Source: Octopus bimaculoides (Eukaryota). Taken from it: 64,000 nt of DNA. A program made the position numbers and the translations under genes. The notes under the pieces are model-generated. The model was not told where the DNA came from. It saw nothing but the letters and a program-made list of their open reading frames with translations, and made no database searches. The DNA lies in assembly GCF_001194135.2 (NCBI RefSeq), contig NC_068982.1:145130404-145194403 (forward strand), in the 5' to 3' direction. This document shows positions 48,829 through 62,600 of this stretch, in pieces; the first letter of the stretch is position 1, and each line of letters starts with the position of its first letter.

Positions 48829-50369
48829 GTGAGGTAGGGGAAGGAGAGATTATTTAGAACTGCAAGAATCACGTTTTGAAATGGCAGAGATTTCAATCAC
48901 AACAATAAACAACAAACGACAAGAAATTAACGCAATAATGAGATTACTTATAACAAGAACTATAAGAACAAGAAGAACAACAGCGACAAAGACTGCAGCA
49001 ACGGCAGCAAGAGCAAATACGACGGAGAAGAAGAAATTTGATTCTTAGTAAAACCGAGATTATAAACAACAACAATACCAGCAAAAACAACACCAACGTA
49101 TAGCAGTAAGAGCAACAATAACCGCGACAAAACGTTAAAAAAGAACGGCCCATAGCAGTAGCGAGATTATACGTAGCAGCAACAATAAACACAACAAAGT
49201 CAACTGAAACATCAATAGTAAAAGCGAAAGCTACAACAACAAAAGCAGCCCTTAGCAATAGCGAGATTATAAATAAAAGCAACAATAGCCCTCCATACAA
49301 ATGCATACATACATACATACATGCATGCATGCATACATACACACACATATATACACACAAAACTAGGATTAGTCAAACTAGAGAGTTTGAGCTTGCCAGA
49401 ATAAATCGGGAAGAGGAGAAAAAAGCGCTCTTTAACGATTCTTTTTCTGTATATATATATATANNNNNNNNNNNNNNNNNNNNNNNNNNNNNNNNNNNNN
49501 NNNNNNNNNNNNNNNNNNNNNNNNNNNNNNNNNNNNNNNNNNNNNNNNNNNNNNNNNNNNNNNNNNNNNNNNNNNNNNNNNNNNNNNNNNNTATATACAT
49601 ATGTGTGTGTGTATGTACCTGTGTGTATATACGCACCTGAATGCAGGGCGGCGGTGGAAGCAGTTAGGCAAGGAGGAAGTGGGAGAAATAAAGGGAGATA
49701 AGAAAGTAGGCAAAAAGATTAGAAATTGTACTGCGTTAGTAGTGTAGCTAAAACGGCTGACAAAATCGTTAGAACTCTAACGATTCTGTCACGTCGCCAT
49801 CTTATCATTATTTATGATATAAAGACTAGCAATGAGCAAACAAAAGATCCCCGGTACGATGGCTCGATCTGTTAAAAATACCAGTCAATTCACTTTCAAA
49901 TCACACCTTAACTAAACGTCTTGGGAAAGGAAGGTTCTGCAATAAGACAAGACGGTTAGGGATGCTTTGCGGCGGGAAATGCCTTATGTGATATATCGGA
50001 TGAATCGGAGCTGACCAGCAGCTAAAAGATAACAAAAACAACAACGAAAACGACAACAGCAACAACAACACTTGATAAAAAACATGATGTTACCAGAAGT
50101 CGGTGTGTCTGCGTATATGTATGTGTGTATAGGTGCATTGTGTATGTATGAACATCTGTGCCTACATATGTGAAAGTGTGTGTATATGTATATGTTCATG
50201 TTTGCGTCTGCGACTTTGAAAATGTGTGAGAATAGCGATATGTAGAAATAATGGCAAAATAGATAAAAGTACACAGAGCAACTACTCATTAAACGGAAAG
50301 CGCTCAAGGGAGAAACAATTCTGTTAAAACGTTCAGCTACCTATCAATACATCTAGTATGCTACCACAA

Positions 50370-50418
<49 letters not shown>

Positions 50419-51140
50419 CCATGAACATATATACATGCAAACACAAACACGCCTGCATATACGTGTGAGTGTATATACGTATAAATATATACATATATAC
50501 ACTCACACATATATGCGGGTGTGTTTGTGCATGCATGTATATATACACACACACACATACAAATACATAATGGGAACTGCGTATAATATACCAAGCAACT
50601 AATGTTATCAAAATCAGTGGATCTCAAAATCTTTATGTAATATTTATTTAAAGTTATTAGTTTATTAGAAACAAAGCTGCCTGATATGGCTCTGAAAATT
50701 TTCAAATATACTGCTGCTCCTCAGCCACTATACTATAATCAATGCAGCGATCAAAAGAAACTCACGCTGGCTACGGAAATGTGTTATGTGTATGGTGATA
50801 GTGGGATGGCATTTTTATTGCTGCTGAGATTAAGGGAATTAGTGGCGTGTTAAATTGATCTGTCTGGTTCTATTTGCCTACTATTTGCGTTTGTGTGTTT
50901 GACTGCCTGTGTATGCGTATATGCATAAGTAAAGACTGTGTGGCTTCCATAACACACACACACACGTATATGTATGTAACTGCCTTTTCTTTACGAACAT
51001 GTGGATTTCGGTGAATATTTGAGATTATCTCTTCCCATTTGGAGTCGGCCAAATTCGCCACGGGGTATTTCTTTTACTTATATATATAGAAGCGAAGACA
51101 ATTTCAATAAGCCACGATTTTATCTTGTATTGAATTTGAT

Positions 51141-51172
<32 letters not shown>

Positions 51173-51355
51173 NNNNNNNNNNNNNNNNNNNNNNNNNNNN
51201 NNNNNNNNNNNNNNNNNNNNNNNNNNNNNNNNNNNNNNNNNNNNNNNNNNNNNNNNNNNNNNNNNNNNNNNNNNNNNNNNNNNNNNNNNNNNNNNNNNNN
51301 NNNNNNNNNNNNNNNNNNNNNNNNNNNNNNNNNNATATATATACAATTATATATG

Positions 51356-51404
<49 letters not shown>

Positions 51405-52871
51405 ATATATATATACATATGTATGCATACTAAACAAATGAAGGGATAAAAATGATATTGCATTACGATCATTTCAATAGCTAGTAGTAACATTTTGTCA
51501 ATTTATACATTAGTTTGTACGCATAAGAAATTATGTATATCCATATAATAATCAATTAATGAGATTGTTTCCAGTCATCTAAGACCTCTCAAAATTACTG
51601 TAGTGTCAGAATTTCCAACAACTATATTGTTAGATATTATGATGTGTATGTATGTATGTTCACCCCATCCAGGAGATATTTCAGTAGATGGATTAGATTA
51701 GTAAGGCACATGTCGGATTATTTTCTTTGACGTGGTACAAACAAGCCAGCGCCTTTGGCCTGACAGGTCAACATGTTTCAAGTATAATTTTTAAGCATCT
51801 ATAGAAATGGAGAGAAAGGAATTTATGAGGTAACCCAGAAATTTCATATAGCAGTTTACTGTTACAATCTCAAACTTGCCAATGACGAGGATTGTTACAA
51901 TGGAGGTACTTAATAAATTAGTACATACCTCAGTAATCAAGTGCTGATAATAATGAGTCATCTACAATTAAATTGAAATTAAATTAAAACAATTGTTAAG
52001 GATTAAATTAGGTACATTATTTCAGAAATGTGTGACTGGTTGTTTACACAAAAGGAAAGTTTGGAAATCAATACGGTAACGTCACTATCCTCAATATTAG
52101 TTGAATCAAGGTAACTGCGAGGAATCTTCATGCGGAAATTTTAAGAAGGTTTTATTAAAGAAGTAGGAGCACCGGATAAATAACTCATTACGCTAATTAA
52201 ATTAGACGATTACGCTTCCTATTTTTTCCTCCGCAGTATATCTATGGATTCATTTTCTAATGTGTGCATTTTAAAGACAACAGGGGGCAATTTAGAGGTT
52301 TGGTAATCATTTTTAGAACATGGAACTTCCGCATAAAAACTCCTTTGCTGGTTCCTCTTCATATAGTTTATAGTTATTGTTGTTTTTTTATAACATCGGG
52401 TAAACTGTGATCAAACATTGATAGAAACAAATGTCTTCTAACCTTAGCTATTACTCCTAATTTGTTGATCACATGATATCCTCAGCCAAATGTTTTAACT
52501 ACAAGTAAACTTTTATCAAATAAACTTTTATCCTGACCGTTCAATTTAATTTGCGATGAAGGCAGTGTAAGATGTTTTCATCTAGGTCTTGTGGCTTAAA
52601 ACCAGATTAGAAATGATAGGAAAAAAACATTCATCAAAAGTACTTCAGCCGTGATCAGCCTGTCGTTTTAAATGTATATCTAGAATTAATTTTTTTCGTT
52701 TCTTGTTTAAGTCAGTAGAATACGATTTGAAGGAGTTTTGATGGTTAATTCTGTTTAGAAACTCGAGCAGATCTCAGTGATTTTTGTACTCAGAATACAG
52801 AGCGGGAACAAACAACGAGCACAAACACATACGCATACCATTACAAACATATACGCATGCCATTACACGCG

Positions 52872-52902
<31 letters not shown>

Positions 52903-53167
52903 GCATACACACACACACACACACACACACNNNNNNNNNNNNNNNNNNNNNNNNNNNNNNNNNNNNNNNNNNNNNNNNNNNNNNNNNNNNNNNNNNNNNN
53001 NNNNNNNNNNNNNNNNNNNNNNNNNNNNNNNNNNNNNNNNNNNNNNNNNNNNNNNNNNNNNNNNNNNNNNNNNNNNNNNNNNNNNNNNNNNNNNNNNNNN
53101 NNNNNNNNNNNNNNNNNNNNNNNNNNNNNNNNNNNNNNNNNNNNNNNNNNNNNNNNNNNNNNNNCGT

Positions 53168-53213
<46 letters not shown>

Positions 53214-53591
53214 AGGCACACGCACACACACACATACACACACACACACACTATATATATATATAAATATATATATATATGTGTGTGTGTGTGTGTATGT
53301 ATGAAAGCTCACTAACACAGACTTTATTTATGATGTCCCGGATGCCGGCAACTCCGGGGTTTCCGTGACGTGAAGTCGCTTATTTTGACAAGTTAAACGG
53401 AGCGAAGAGACACACCTCATCGATCTGATGGCGGAAACATTACAAAACAAACAAAAAAAAATTGTGCAAATAACAATGCTGTATATATTCGTATGTACAT
53501 ATGTGTGTACGTGTATATATTATGTGTGTGTGTGTGCATGTGTGTATGTGTATATACATACATACGCAAGTATAAAGTGAACGGTGATGTA

Positions 53592-53812
53592 AAATATTGG
53601 TTTCAAATTTTAGCACAAGGTCAGTGACTTTGGGGTAGGGGCACAGTCGATTGCATCGATTCCAATGCTCAACTGTTACTTATTATATTGACCCCCACTA
53701 AAGTATGAAAGGTAAAGTCGGCCATGGCAAAATTTGAAATCAGAATGTAAAGACAGACGAGATGTTGCTAAGCATATTTCCCGGCGTGCTAATGATTCTG
53801 AGATATTGCCGC
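53592..53812 (-). mobile_element. SINE family B
   Basis: The plus strand GTTTCAAATTTTAGCACAAGG...GTCGATTGCATCGA...GAAAGGTAAAGTCG...ATTTGAAATCAGAATG...CCCGGCGTGCTAATGATTCTG is the reverse complement of family B. Confidence 0.85.
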
Positions 53813-54328
53813 ATGGGAGGTGTAAAAATATTATAGCAAGTGTTTATATTGAAAATGTCGTTGTGTTTACATCTATCTATATTCATTTTATTTGGCCGAT
53901 ATAGCGTAGATTCAACTTCTTCGTAAATCACGCAATTTTAACAGAACAAAAAAGAAATGTTCAAGATTTATATTAACAAAAAAAAAAAAATGTACAAAAA
54001 AACGTTTCAGATTATATTTTACTCACGCGCAAACAAATTTCTTTGTTTGTACCATCATTTTTCTTTAGTATTCACCTCCACCCCACCAGTGCTCGAAATT
54101 AATATTGGTTACTTTTCATTTCATTTTTCTTGTTCTTCTGCTTACGTACATTGTTCATACAACCATTATTTATAAAATCAGCTGGGCTGATATCTATTTT
54201 TTTTTAATATCAACTTTATCNNNNNNNNNNCACACACACACACACAGAGAGAGGCACACATGAACACACACACACACACACACACATACACACACACACA
54301 GAGGCACACATGCACACACACACATATA

Positions 54329-54773
54329 AGCGAAGGAGTACCCAAAAGAAACCGGTATTTTGCAATATCATTTTATTCATTTAGTTTTAATATTTACACT
54401 TTTATTGTCTTCAAAGTATTCTCCATTTGAAGCAATGCATCGGTCCATACTCGTTTTCTACTGTTCGAAGCAGACCTAGAACTCCTGTGATGTGATGCCT
54501 TTTAAGGCTACTGTCGTTTCTTCCTTCACCGCTTCCACATCTGCAAATTCCGTAGCCCCAGCTTATGTCATCAGTGATAACCTTCGAAAAAACTTCCGGA
54601 TCAACCTCCAAGTGTTCTTTCAGTTGACGACATGCATTCAGTGGTGACCACTTTTGATCTTCTGTGAGTACTGAACCACGCCGGTCAGCAGACTGATGCC
54701 TGAGGGTCACATTAAGTAGCTTTTAGCAGTGGAAGCTAGAACAACAACGGGCTTGTCCCACAGAACGTTTCCG
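54329..54773 (-). mobile_element. Mariner transposon, internally deleted 3' half plus TIR
   Basis: Minus strand LTEDQKWSPLNACRQLKEHLEVDPEVFSKVITDDISWGYG (VITGDESW motif) is fused to FADVEAVKEETTVALKGITSQEF*VCFEQ*KTSMDRCIASNGEYFEDN. The TIR CGAAGGAGTACCCAAAAGAAACCGG is at 54331. Confidence 0.9.
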
Positions 54774-55968
54774 NNNNNNNNNNNNNNNNNNNNNNNNNNN
54801 NNNNNNNNNNNNNNNNNNNNNNNNNNNNNNNNNNNNNNNNNNNNNNNNNNNNNNNNNNNNNNNNNNNNNNNNNNNNNNNNNNNNNNNNNNNNNNNNNNNN
54901 NNNNNNNNNNNNNNNNNNNNNNNNNNNNNNNNNNNNNNNNNNNNNNNNNNNNNNNNNNNNNNNNNNNNNNNNNNNNNNNNNNNNNNNNNNNNNNNNNNNN
55001 NNNNNNNNNNNNNNNNNNNNNNNNNNNNNNNNNNNNNNNNNNNNNNNNNNNNNNNNNNNNNNNNNNNNNNNNNNNNNNNNNNNNNNNNNNNNNNNNNNNN
55101 NNNNNNNNNNNNNNNNNNNNNNNNNNNNNNNNNNNNNNNNNNNNNNNNNNNNNNNNNNNNNNNNNNNNNNNNNNNNNNNNNNNNNNNNNNNNNNNNNNNN
55201 NNNNNNNNNNNNNNNNNNNNNNNNNNNNNNNNNNNNNNNNNNNNNNNNNNNNNNNNNNNNNNNNNNNNNNNNNNNNNNNNNNNNNNNNNNNNNNNNNNNN
55301 NNNNNNNNNNNNNNNNNNNNNNNNNNNNNNNNNNNNNNNNNNNNNNNNNNNNNNNNNNNNNNNNNNNNNNNNNNNNNNNNNNNNNNNNNNNNNNNNNNNN
55401 NNNNNNNNNNNNNNNNNNNNNNNNNNNNNNNNNNNNNNNNNNNNNNNNNNNNNNNNNNNNNNNNNNNNNNNNNNNNNNNNNNNNNNNNNNNNNNNNNNNN
55501 NNNNNNNNNNNNNNNNNNNNNNNNNNNNNNNNNNNNNNNNNNNNNNNNNNNNNNNNNNNNNNNNNNNNNNNTATACACATACTTATATACTTACATGTAT
55601 GTACAACATACGTATATACACATACTTTTCTGAAACGATTTTCCTGCTGATTTATATTATTTGATGTTCTTAAACTAGCTTAATACCGAGTGCATCATAG
55701 CAGTAGCAGCTAAAACGTTTTCAAGTCTCTCCAAGTTGATTATTGAAGTAGTATAGTCATAGGAGAAATGGCCACATCGTAGACTCTTTGAGGCTAGTGG
55801 GAGAAAGGAATGAATTTTTTCTCAGAACAAAGATCTATTTCGGATGCGTGTTATAGAGTGAATTCAGTTCAAGTCACTCAAATTTCAGGTGGTTCTGTCA
55901 AACCGATGGATTGTGCTTTTTTTTCGTCTGGTCACCAGACAACACCATGAAACTCCGTTCTTTATTTA

Positions 55969-56120
55969 CAGGGGGTGGACAATATAATGGAAACATCTTA
56001 AAATTTCAAGCAGATTTATTTTAATATGTTTAAAAATAAACAAGCTTTTGATGGCTTTATAGATATTTCAAAATTACGATGCTATGTTGCTAGGTGTTTC
56101 CATTATTTGTCCAACCCCTG
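55969..56120. mobile_element. Tc1/mariner-type MITE (152 bp)
   Basis: TIRs CAGGGGGTGGACAATATAATGGAAACATCT / AGGTGTTTCCATTATTTGTCCAACCCCTG. Flanked by TA on the left and CA (a mutated TA) on the right. Confidence 0.9.
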
Positions 56121-56349
56121 CACATACCTAGTTCCCAAATTTCATGTTGTATATATTAGCTATCTTAAATATCTGCTAATAACCTCAATATAGTCTTTTA
56201 TCAGATTGCACGAGTCTCTAAAAAAATATCAGATATTACTTGTTGTTCAGTACAACACTAGTGGCCGATATAGCCTGTCATGCCTTGAGTAACAATTGCG
56301 GAGATGAGTGGAATGTTAGCATAAATCTTCTCTTCGGTCCTGTGCTCAC

Positions 56350-56960
56350 ATGAAACGTTTACTGCTACTCAAGAACAGATCATGTAAATGTAGGGCTAGA
56401 AAGTGTGGTAAGGAGACTGACCTGTGTATGTACTGCATTCTGGTAATTACAGGTTATCAAATTGATTTACTTGTACACAATACAGACTTGGCTATGCGAC
56501 AAGTTGTTTGCGTGCTAGAATTTCGAGATGAGTATTTTGTAATTGTGTTTCTAGTAGAGACTGGAGAGAGAGCATTGCTAATGTCGATGGTAGTTAAAAT
56601 GTTTCAGGTGGGAGACTTTTGGTTGTTGAAGAAAATATTGCGTGTTCTGTGTTAAGAATATGGAGAGTTTGGTCGTGATTGAAATAACCTGAATCGGTAT
56701 TGAGATTTGGGGACGGGTATGTGTGGATGTGAGGGTTAGCGATGTCAAAGATTAGGGTTTCTAGAACATTTTAGAACGTGTATACGAAGATAATGAGTCT
56801 GTACTACTTGTTGCAAGTTTTAACATTGCTGTAATTGATTCTGAGTATTAACAACGTTGGTACTAGTTACTGTTATCAGTGAGTGCAAGGATTCCTTCAG
56901 ACTGCAGGTATTTCAGGTGTATTGTGATTTTGTCTGATTGAGGCTTTTGGCATTTTAGAT
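56350..56960 (-). mobile_element. Highly decayed LINE reverse-transcriptase fragment
   Basis: Minus strand reads SQYRFR (QHGFR-like), FNNQKSPT*NILTTIDISNAL (D.SKAFD motif) and a degenerate PQG..LSP.LF region. Confidence 0.55.
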
Positions 56961-59283
56961 TTCCCAAGTGAAGTCTGGGTGTCTAACGAGAAAAAAGAGT
57001 AAAAATCTTGCTCACATTGAAAGATCGTACTTTTCGTTTGTGCTATTGTCTTTTTTATTATTTTCGAGAAACTTTTTATAAGGGCATTTGTATTGTGTCA
57101 TATAATTTTTTTGTGACATTGAGTATGGCGTGACTGAACTAACGAAGAAGCCTCTACACAGTCACTCGACGACATTCAAGAAATAGCAGTCAAATTTTTC
57201 CTCAAATAGAAAGGGAAAATGTACAGATTAGAATAATATTGTGTACAAAGCGAAACCAAGAGGTTTCAACTGTCTCAACTGATTTTAGTCTGCATTTGGA
57301 CGGAATTTTCTATACCTTTATTCTAAGAATTTAGCCCCAGCTCGACGCTGATTCACCTCACCTATAAGCAAATACGATTCATTTGTGTCCATTCTATCTT
57401 CTTCCATATACAATCTAGTTAGGATCTCTATTATTGAATGTGAATGTCCTCGCTTTAAGAAGGTTGAGTGAGATTTGTGAGCTTTTGACTGTTATATGTA
57501 CTATGTCGACTGCACAGAGCAGTGGCTCATAAGATTTTTACGATTCTAAATCACCAGATACCCTAAAAGAATATCTAAAATAGCCCCATATCCACGTTGT
57601 CATCTTCGTCATCACCCATGTAATTCAAAACATATCGATGGTTTGGTTTTACGTTATATGATATCCAGAAAAGAATAGTTGAGAAAATGAAAATAATTTT
57701 ATGATATATTTTCGTAGAAAATCGACAAACGTCATGTACAAGCTCGCTACATCTAATTTACAACGTTATATCCTTTCACCTGCTTCAGATAATAAATCAA
57801 TTGATTTATTTATTACAGCTGAGTTTCATTACAAAAAGAAAGAAAACTAAAACGTGTAATGTACTTTATATCTCGCCTACGTAATAACAGTGACTCTTAC
57901 TTATTCAGTGATATTTTTCCGATTTTTTATGCGTAGTAAGAACTTAAAATTGGGTTAAAATTACCGATAGTGTTAACGACGTGTCAAATGACCCGACAAT
58001 AAATTCTTCCTCGTTGATTTTGGGCTCAATAATATAGAAAATCTTGTTTCACAAGCATACGTAATTGTGAAGAGAATCAAAATATTAATTGCACTCACAG
58101 CCAAGCTTGCGTAAGCTGTCGTCTGTTTACACAAAATCAGCTCGGTTAAACTTCCGAAATCAGGCTTTCTTTCTTAACTTTGTGCAGAAGTCATTTAAAT
58201 CAAAATTTACTGGATTATTGCACTCACAGTTGCAATATCAATCGAAAAAGGGTTTTGGATCCAAACGAATCAATGTTAAGATCTCAGTTTTGGATTTCCA
58301 AGTGATTTCGATTTCCTGACGTATTTCACATGCCATATTCCCTAATGATATCGTCAAGAATTGGAAGGTTCAATGAATTTCAGCTTTCAATACGACTCCA
58401 AATTGCTAATTTTCTGGTAACTATCAAAAGCTTTCCTTTAGCTCGAACAATGCCCATACCCTCTCCCTACATTGAAACGCACAAATCATTATGGAAACTG
58501 AAATTATCGGTCAAATATCCCAGGCTAACAATAAAATGCTGATCTTTAAAATGATTTACGAAGGTGGGTTGCTGATGATTGAGCAATTCGAGGATTTCAA
58601 ACTGAAGTTCCACTACATCTGCGTAAACAAGTGATCGTATTTAATGATTATACCGCTTTGTGGTTTATTAAAACGTAATGATTTTTCTCCAGTCTCATTA
58701 CAGAACTTTTGTTTTAGTGGATGGCTCACTGCATATCTATCAGTAATGTTGACTGCTTGCATGACACTTATTCTCATCACTTCTTAAAGTTTCATCACCA
58801 TAGTTTTAAATGCCATGGCTGGTGAAGTAGAATAAATGTGTGGTCAACATATGCAGATCTTTCTATTTCACCAGGGAAATAAATTTAGAAGTTTTGCGAA
58901 TCATGGCAGGAGCCATAGAAACAGACAGACCCAATCAAATCCCACAGCGACCTTTTGATATAAAATCATAACGTACACCTATTATGGTTACCTATTATGG
59001 TTGTAGTTCTGAGTGGATGACAAAATAAAAAATTCTTCCCTGACGTTCTTCTCAGGAGCATAGTATTTAAGTACAAATAATGTGTGTTTGAAACACAGTT
59101 GAGTCATCGAGCTGCATGCAGGTTTTACTGGAACTGTTTTAAACACACTGACAACTATTTAATCTCTCAGAAATAAATGAACAAATTCTTAATCTTGCTG
59201 ACTGCCTGATTTGATATACCCTGACATATCTCTTTATGTCTTTGGTACACAGTGCTAATAAACGGGAACACAAGACTCAGTCG

Positions 59284-59436
59284 TTTCATGGTATTCTTTT
59301 ATGGCATAGCTTTTATCATCTCCTGCGCATTAGTCTTACCTCGGTTTCCTCCAATTGTGTGAGGTTTCATGGCATCCTTTCACAGCATCATCTCTTGCGC
59401 CCTGGTCTTACCTAAGATTCCTCCAATTGTGTGAGG
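59284..59436. repeat. Diverged tandem duplication (~81 + 72 bp)
   Basis: Both units start TTTCATGG, share ATCATCTC.TGCGC...GTCTTACCT and end TTCCTCCAATTGTGTGAGG. Confidence 0.8.
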
Positions 59437-59894
59437 CTTCTTTTATTTTCCAAATATATAGGAAACATTACCGAAAGATCAGAGATCTTCCGTAATGAGC
59501 CAGTCCATACAAGAGAAGAGTTTGTTTTGGGTCAAAACAAAGTCTTTTCAAGTACGAAACATCAACTGAAATGTTATACTTTTTTGCTCTTAGTTTCGAG
59601 ATGTTCTCCTAGTCTTAACGAAATCCCGCTCATTATCACAGCTTCAACTTGGTCTGTCGTACAAATGAAGCAAATGTCGACATATTCATTAATCCATAAA
59701 TAGTTTTATATCAAATGAAAATATACTTATCGCTCTTGAAGGCTGGATGTAATATTTATATTCAAATTTGTAGCCAAAAGAGCAGCACATGTCTATTAAT
59801 CTTAGAAGTAGTAAAGACATATAAGTAGACCGAAAATTCATAAAACTGATAAGTAATGTATAAGTGCAAGCTTAGTCATATGGTCTAGAAGTTC

Positions 59895-60025
59895 ACTACG
59901 CAACCACGTGGTTTTGAATTTAGTCCTATTATGCAACAACCATGGACAAGTATCTTCCAATATACCCCAGGTTAACCAATAGTTAGTGAATCTGGTAGAC
60001 GGGAGCTGCTTGGAAGCCTATCACA
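59895..60025 (+). mobile_element. SINE family A, diverged 5' half
   Basis: CAACCACGTGGTTTTGAATTTAGTCC...CATGGACAAGTATCTTC...TCTGGTAGACGGGAGCTG...GAAGCCTATC then (TA)n. Confidence 0.7.
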
Positions 60026-60311
60026 TATTATATATATATATATATATATATATANNNNNNNNNNNNNNNNNNNNNNNNNNNNNNNNNNNNNNNNNNNNNN
60101 NNNNNNNNNNNNNNNNNNNNNNNNNNNNNNNNNNNNNNNNNNNNNNNNNNNNNNNNNNNNNNNNNNNNNNNNNNNNNNNNNNNNNNNNNNNNNNNNNNNN
60201 NNNNNNNNNNNNNNNNNNNNNNNNNNNNNNNNNNNNNNNNNNNNNNNNNNNNNNNNNNNNNNNNNNNNNNNNNNNNNNNNNNNNNNNNNNNNNNNNNNNN
60301 NNNNNNNNNNN

Positions 60312-60348
<37 letters not shown>

Positions 60349-60424
60349 CATACAGCGTTCGGTGAATAAACTGTCGTCAAAATTACGCAAAAATGAAAAT
60401 AACACTGACATCTCATTTTTACAG

Positions 60425-60975
60425 ATATATGTACCAAAATTACATAAAAGGATCTTGAAATACTAAACAGTAAATTTATTCAATAAAATCGCCATTGGCT
60501 TCAGCTACGGCCTCCAGACGACTTCGGAATCTCCTGCAACTCTCTTGGACGGCCTCCTTGTTTAAGTTGGTGAATACTCCCATAACTCTTGCCTTCAGTT
60601 CATCTTTGGTGTTACAAGGAGTTTTGTTGGCCTCTCGCTCAGCTGCCGTTCACACATAATAATCAAAGGGGTTGCAGTCTGGGGTGTTAGGTGGCCAGAT
60701 GTTAGGAGTGATATGGCCGCAGAAATTGTTTGACAGCCATGACTGCTTGTGTAGCATGGTGCAGAGTCCTTTTGTGCTAGATATAGGGTTTTCCAGCAGC
60801 CACCCTCTTGACCCAGAGCAGCACTACCTCCTCCAGACACTTGATGTAGGCTTCCGTTTTGAGTTTGAGGCCGCATGGGAAGATGAATAGGGGCATACCG
60901 TCGCCACCACTAGTGATGACTCCAAACACTATGATGATGACTGGATGTTTGATTTTTATCACTCTCAGTACATGC
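60425..60975 (-). mobile_element. Tc1/mariner-superfamily (maT/DD37D-like) transposase 3' half, decayed
   Basis: Minus strand reads KHPVIIIVFGVITSGGDGMPLFIFPCGLKLKTEAYIKCLEEVVLLWVKRVAAGKPY / QKDSAPCYTS / WLSNNFCGHITPNIWPPNTPDCNPFDYYV* / NKTPCNTKDELKARV. Confidence 0.9.
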
Positions 60976-61149
60976 ACTGTTCTAAGACTGACACCCAAGC
61001 AAATCAGCACAAGCTCTTAAATGATGGTGGGGACAAACACAAACAAATGCATATACGTGTCTGTGTGCACATCGTATACATACATACATACATACATACA
61101 TACATGCATGCATGTATGTATACATACGACGCGCACACGGAAATTATAT

Positions 61150-61500
61150 GCCTGTGCTTGTCTTTGTCCCCACTACCGATGAACAACCTGTGCTGTTTTG
61201 CTTACGCTCCCGTAACGTAGCGGTTGGCGAAATGGTACCAGTAGAAAAGATACTAAATTTGCAAGAAAAATAAGGTGAAAAAAATGTACTGTTGGAGAAT
61301 AGAAGACGTACTAAATTTGAAAAAATTTTTTTTAAATGGGTGTAAAAAAAATGTATTGCGTTAGATTAGGCACTAGACAGAAGACATATTAAACTGGCAA
61401 AAAGAAAAAAAAAAGGTATGGAGGTAGATTTGATAGGCGAAAACCTTCAAGACACGGCTAAAGTTTAGTGACTGAAATAAGTACAAGAATATAAGAATGT
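61150..61500 (+). mobile_element. SINE family A 3' half, diverged and expanded
   Basis: CTGTGCTTGTCTTTGTCCCC...ACAACC...CCCGTAACGTAGCGGTTGGCGAAA...GTGACTGAAATAAGTACAAGAATA. Confidence 0.6.
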
Positions 61501-62383
61501 AACAGTGAGAAGCAATGCTACGACACCTCCATAAAAATGATTGTGTTTTCAGTAGAATTATCGTACACCACTATTAAATGCAATGCGAAGGTAGAAATCG
61601 TGTCCCATACTTCTAGCTTAGAAGAAGCATGAACTCCTATAAAAAGGTAAAAAAAAAAAACAACAACTCGTGAAGGAGTTTCTTTGTTGGTTCGTAAGAA
61701 AGTGTATGTAGAAATATGTAGGAAAGATAAATTCAGCAGCTGTCTGCGTTAGCCAGAGTCGAATGGGATTAAGCGTATTGTTGTCCAAAATGTTGGTGTG
61801 TGTACAGTTCCATAACTGATACATTGGCATTTAATTTTCATTTTATTTCTTTATACAAGAGAAATCCTGTTAGAATAAAAGAAAAATATCAGAAATCTCG
61901 AGAAAGTTATCAAAACAAACATGGAGACAGTATGCTGGACAAACCGGAAGTGTAAGAAATTTAACTCTAATTGCATTTAGAAAGTCAGCGAGAGAGATAG
62001 AGATGGAGAGAGAGAGAAAGAGAGAGGGAGAGGGAGAGAGAAGCGAGAGTAAGAGAGATAGAGACAGAAGAAGAAATTATAGCATTTATAAATAAATTAC
62101 GTGCTACAACTGAAAAAGAATTCTCTTATCTAAAGACTTTGAAGTTGCTCAAGGTAAAATTTAAACGTGGGAGTGTGGAAGCGAAATGTAGCGATGGTGC
62201 GAACGAAGAACTTTATTGGCCTTTCTTGCGCAAGATAGATGTTATTTGTGTCCACACACACACACACACACACACACACGAGCGCGCGCACAGTGTTCTT
62301 AATTAACTTCTTTAAAGGTAAGTACTAAACGGTTTGCTTTTATTACACACATATGTTGTACACACATCCAAACGACGTATACA

Positions 62384-62600
62384 TCAATTCAACACGCGCA
62401 CACACACGGACACACACTCACACACGCAGACACACACACACACACAAGATACGTATACATGCATACACATGTGTGTGTATGCGTATGTGTGTGTGTGTGT
62501 GTATGTGTGTGTGTGTGTGTGTGTATGTGTGTGTATTTGTGTGTGTGTGAATGTGTATGTGTACGTGTGCGTGTGTGTATTTGTTTGCGTATGTGTCTGG
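62384..62600. repeat. (CA)n / (TG)n opposed compound microsatellite
   Basis: Direct inspection. Similar CA-then-TG arrangements occur at 38445-38550 and 45770-45855. Confidence 0.9.

Noticed and set aside
53165-54330. Similar CA-compound tracts with GAGAGGCACAC at 53200 and 54245 as a duplicated element
   Set aside because: Both abut N gaps and are low-complexity. They are likely slippage variants or mis-placed contig ends.
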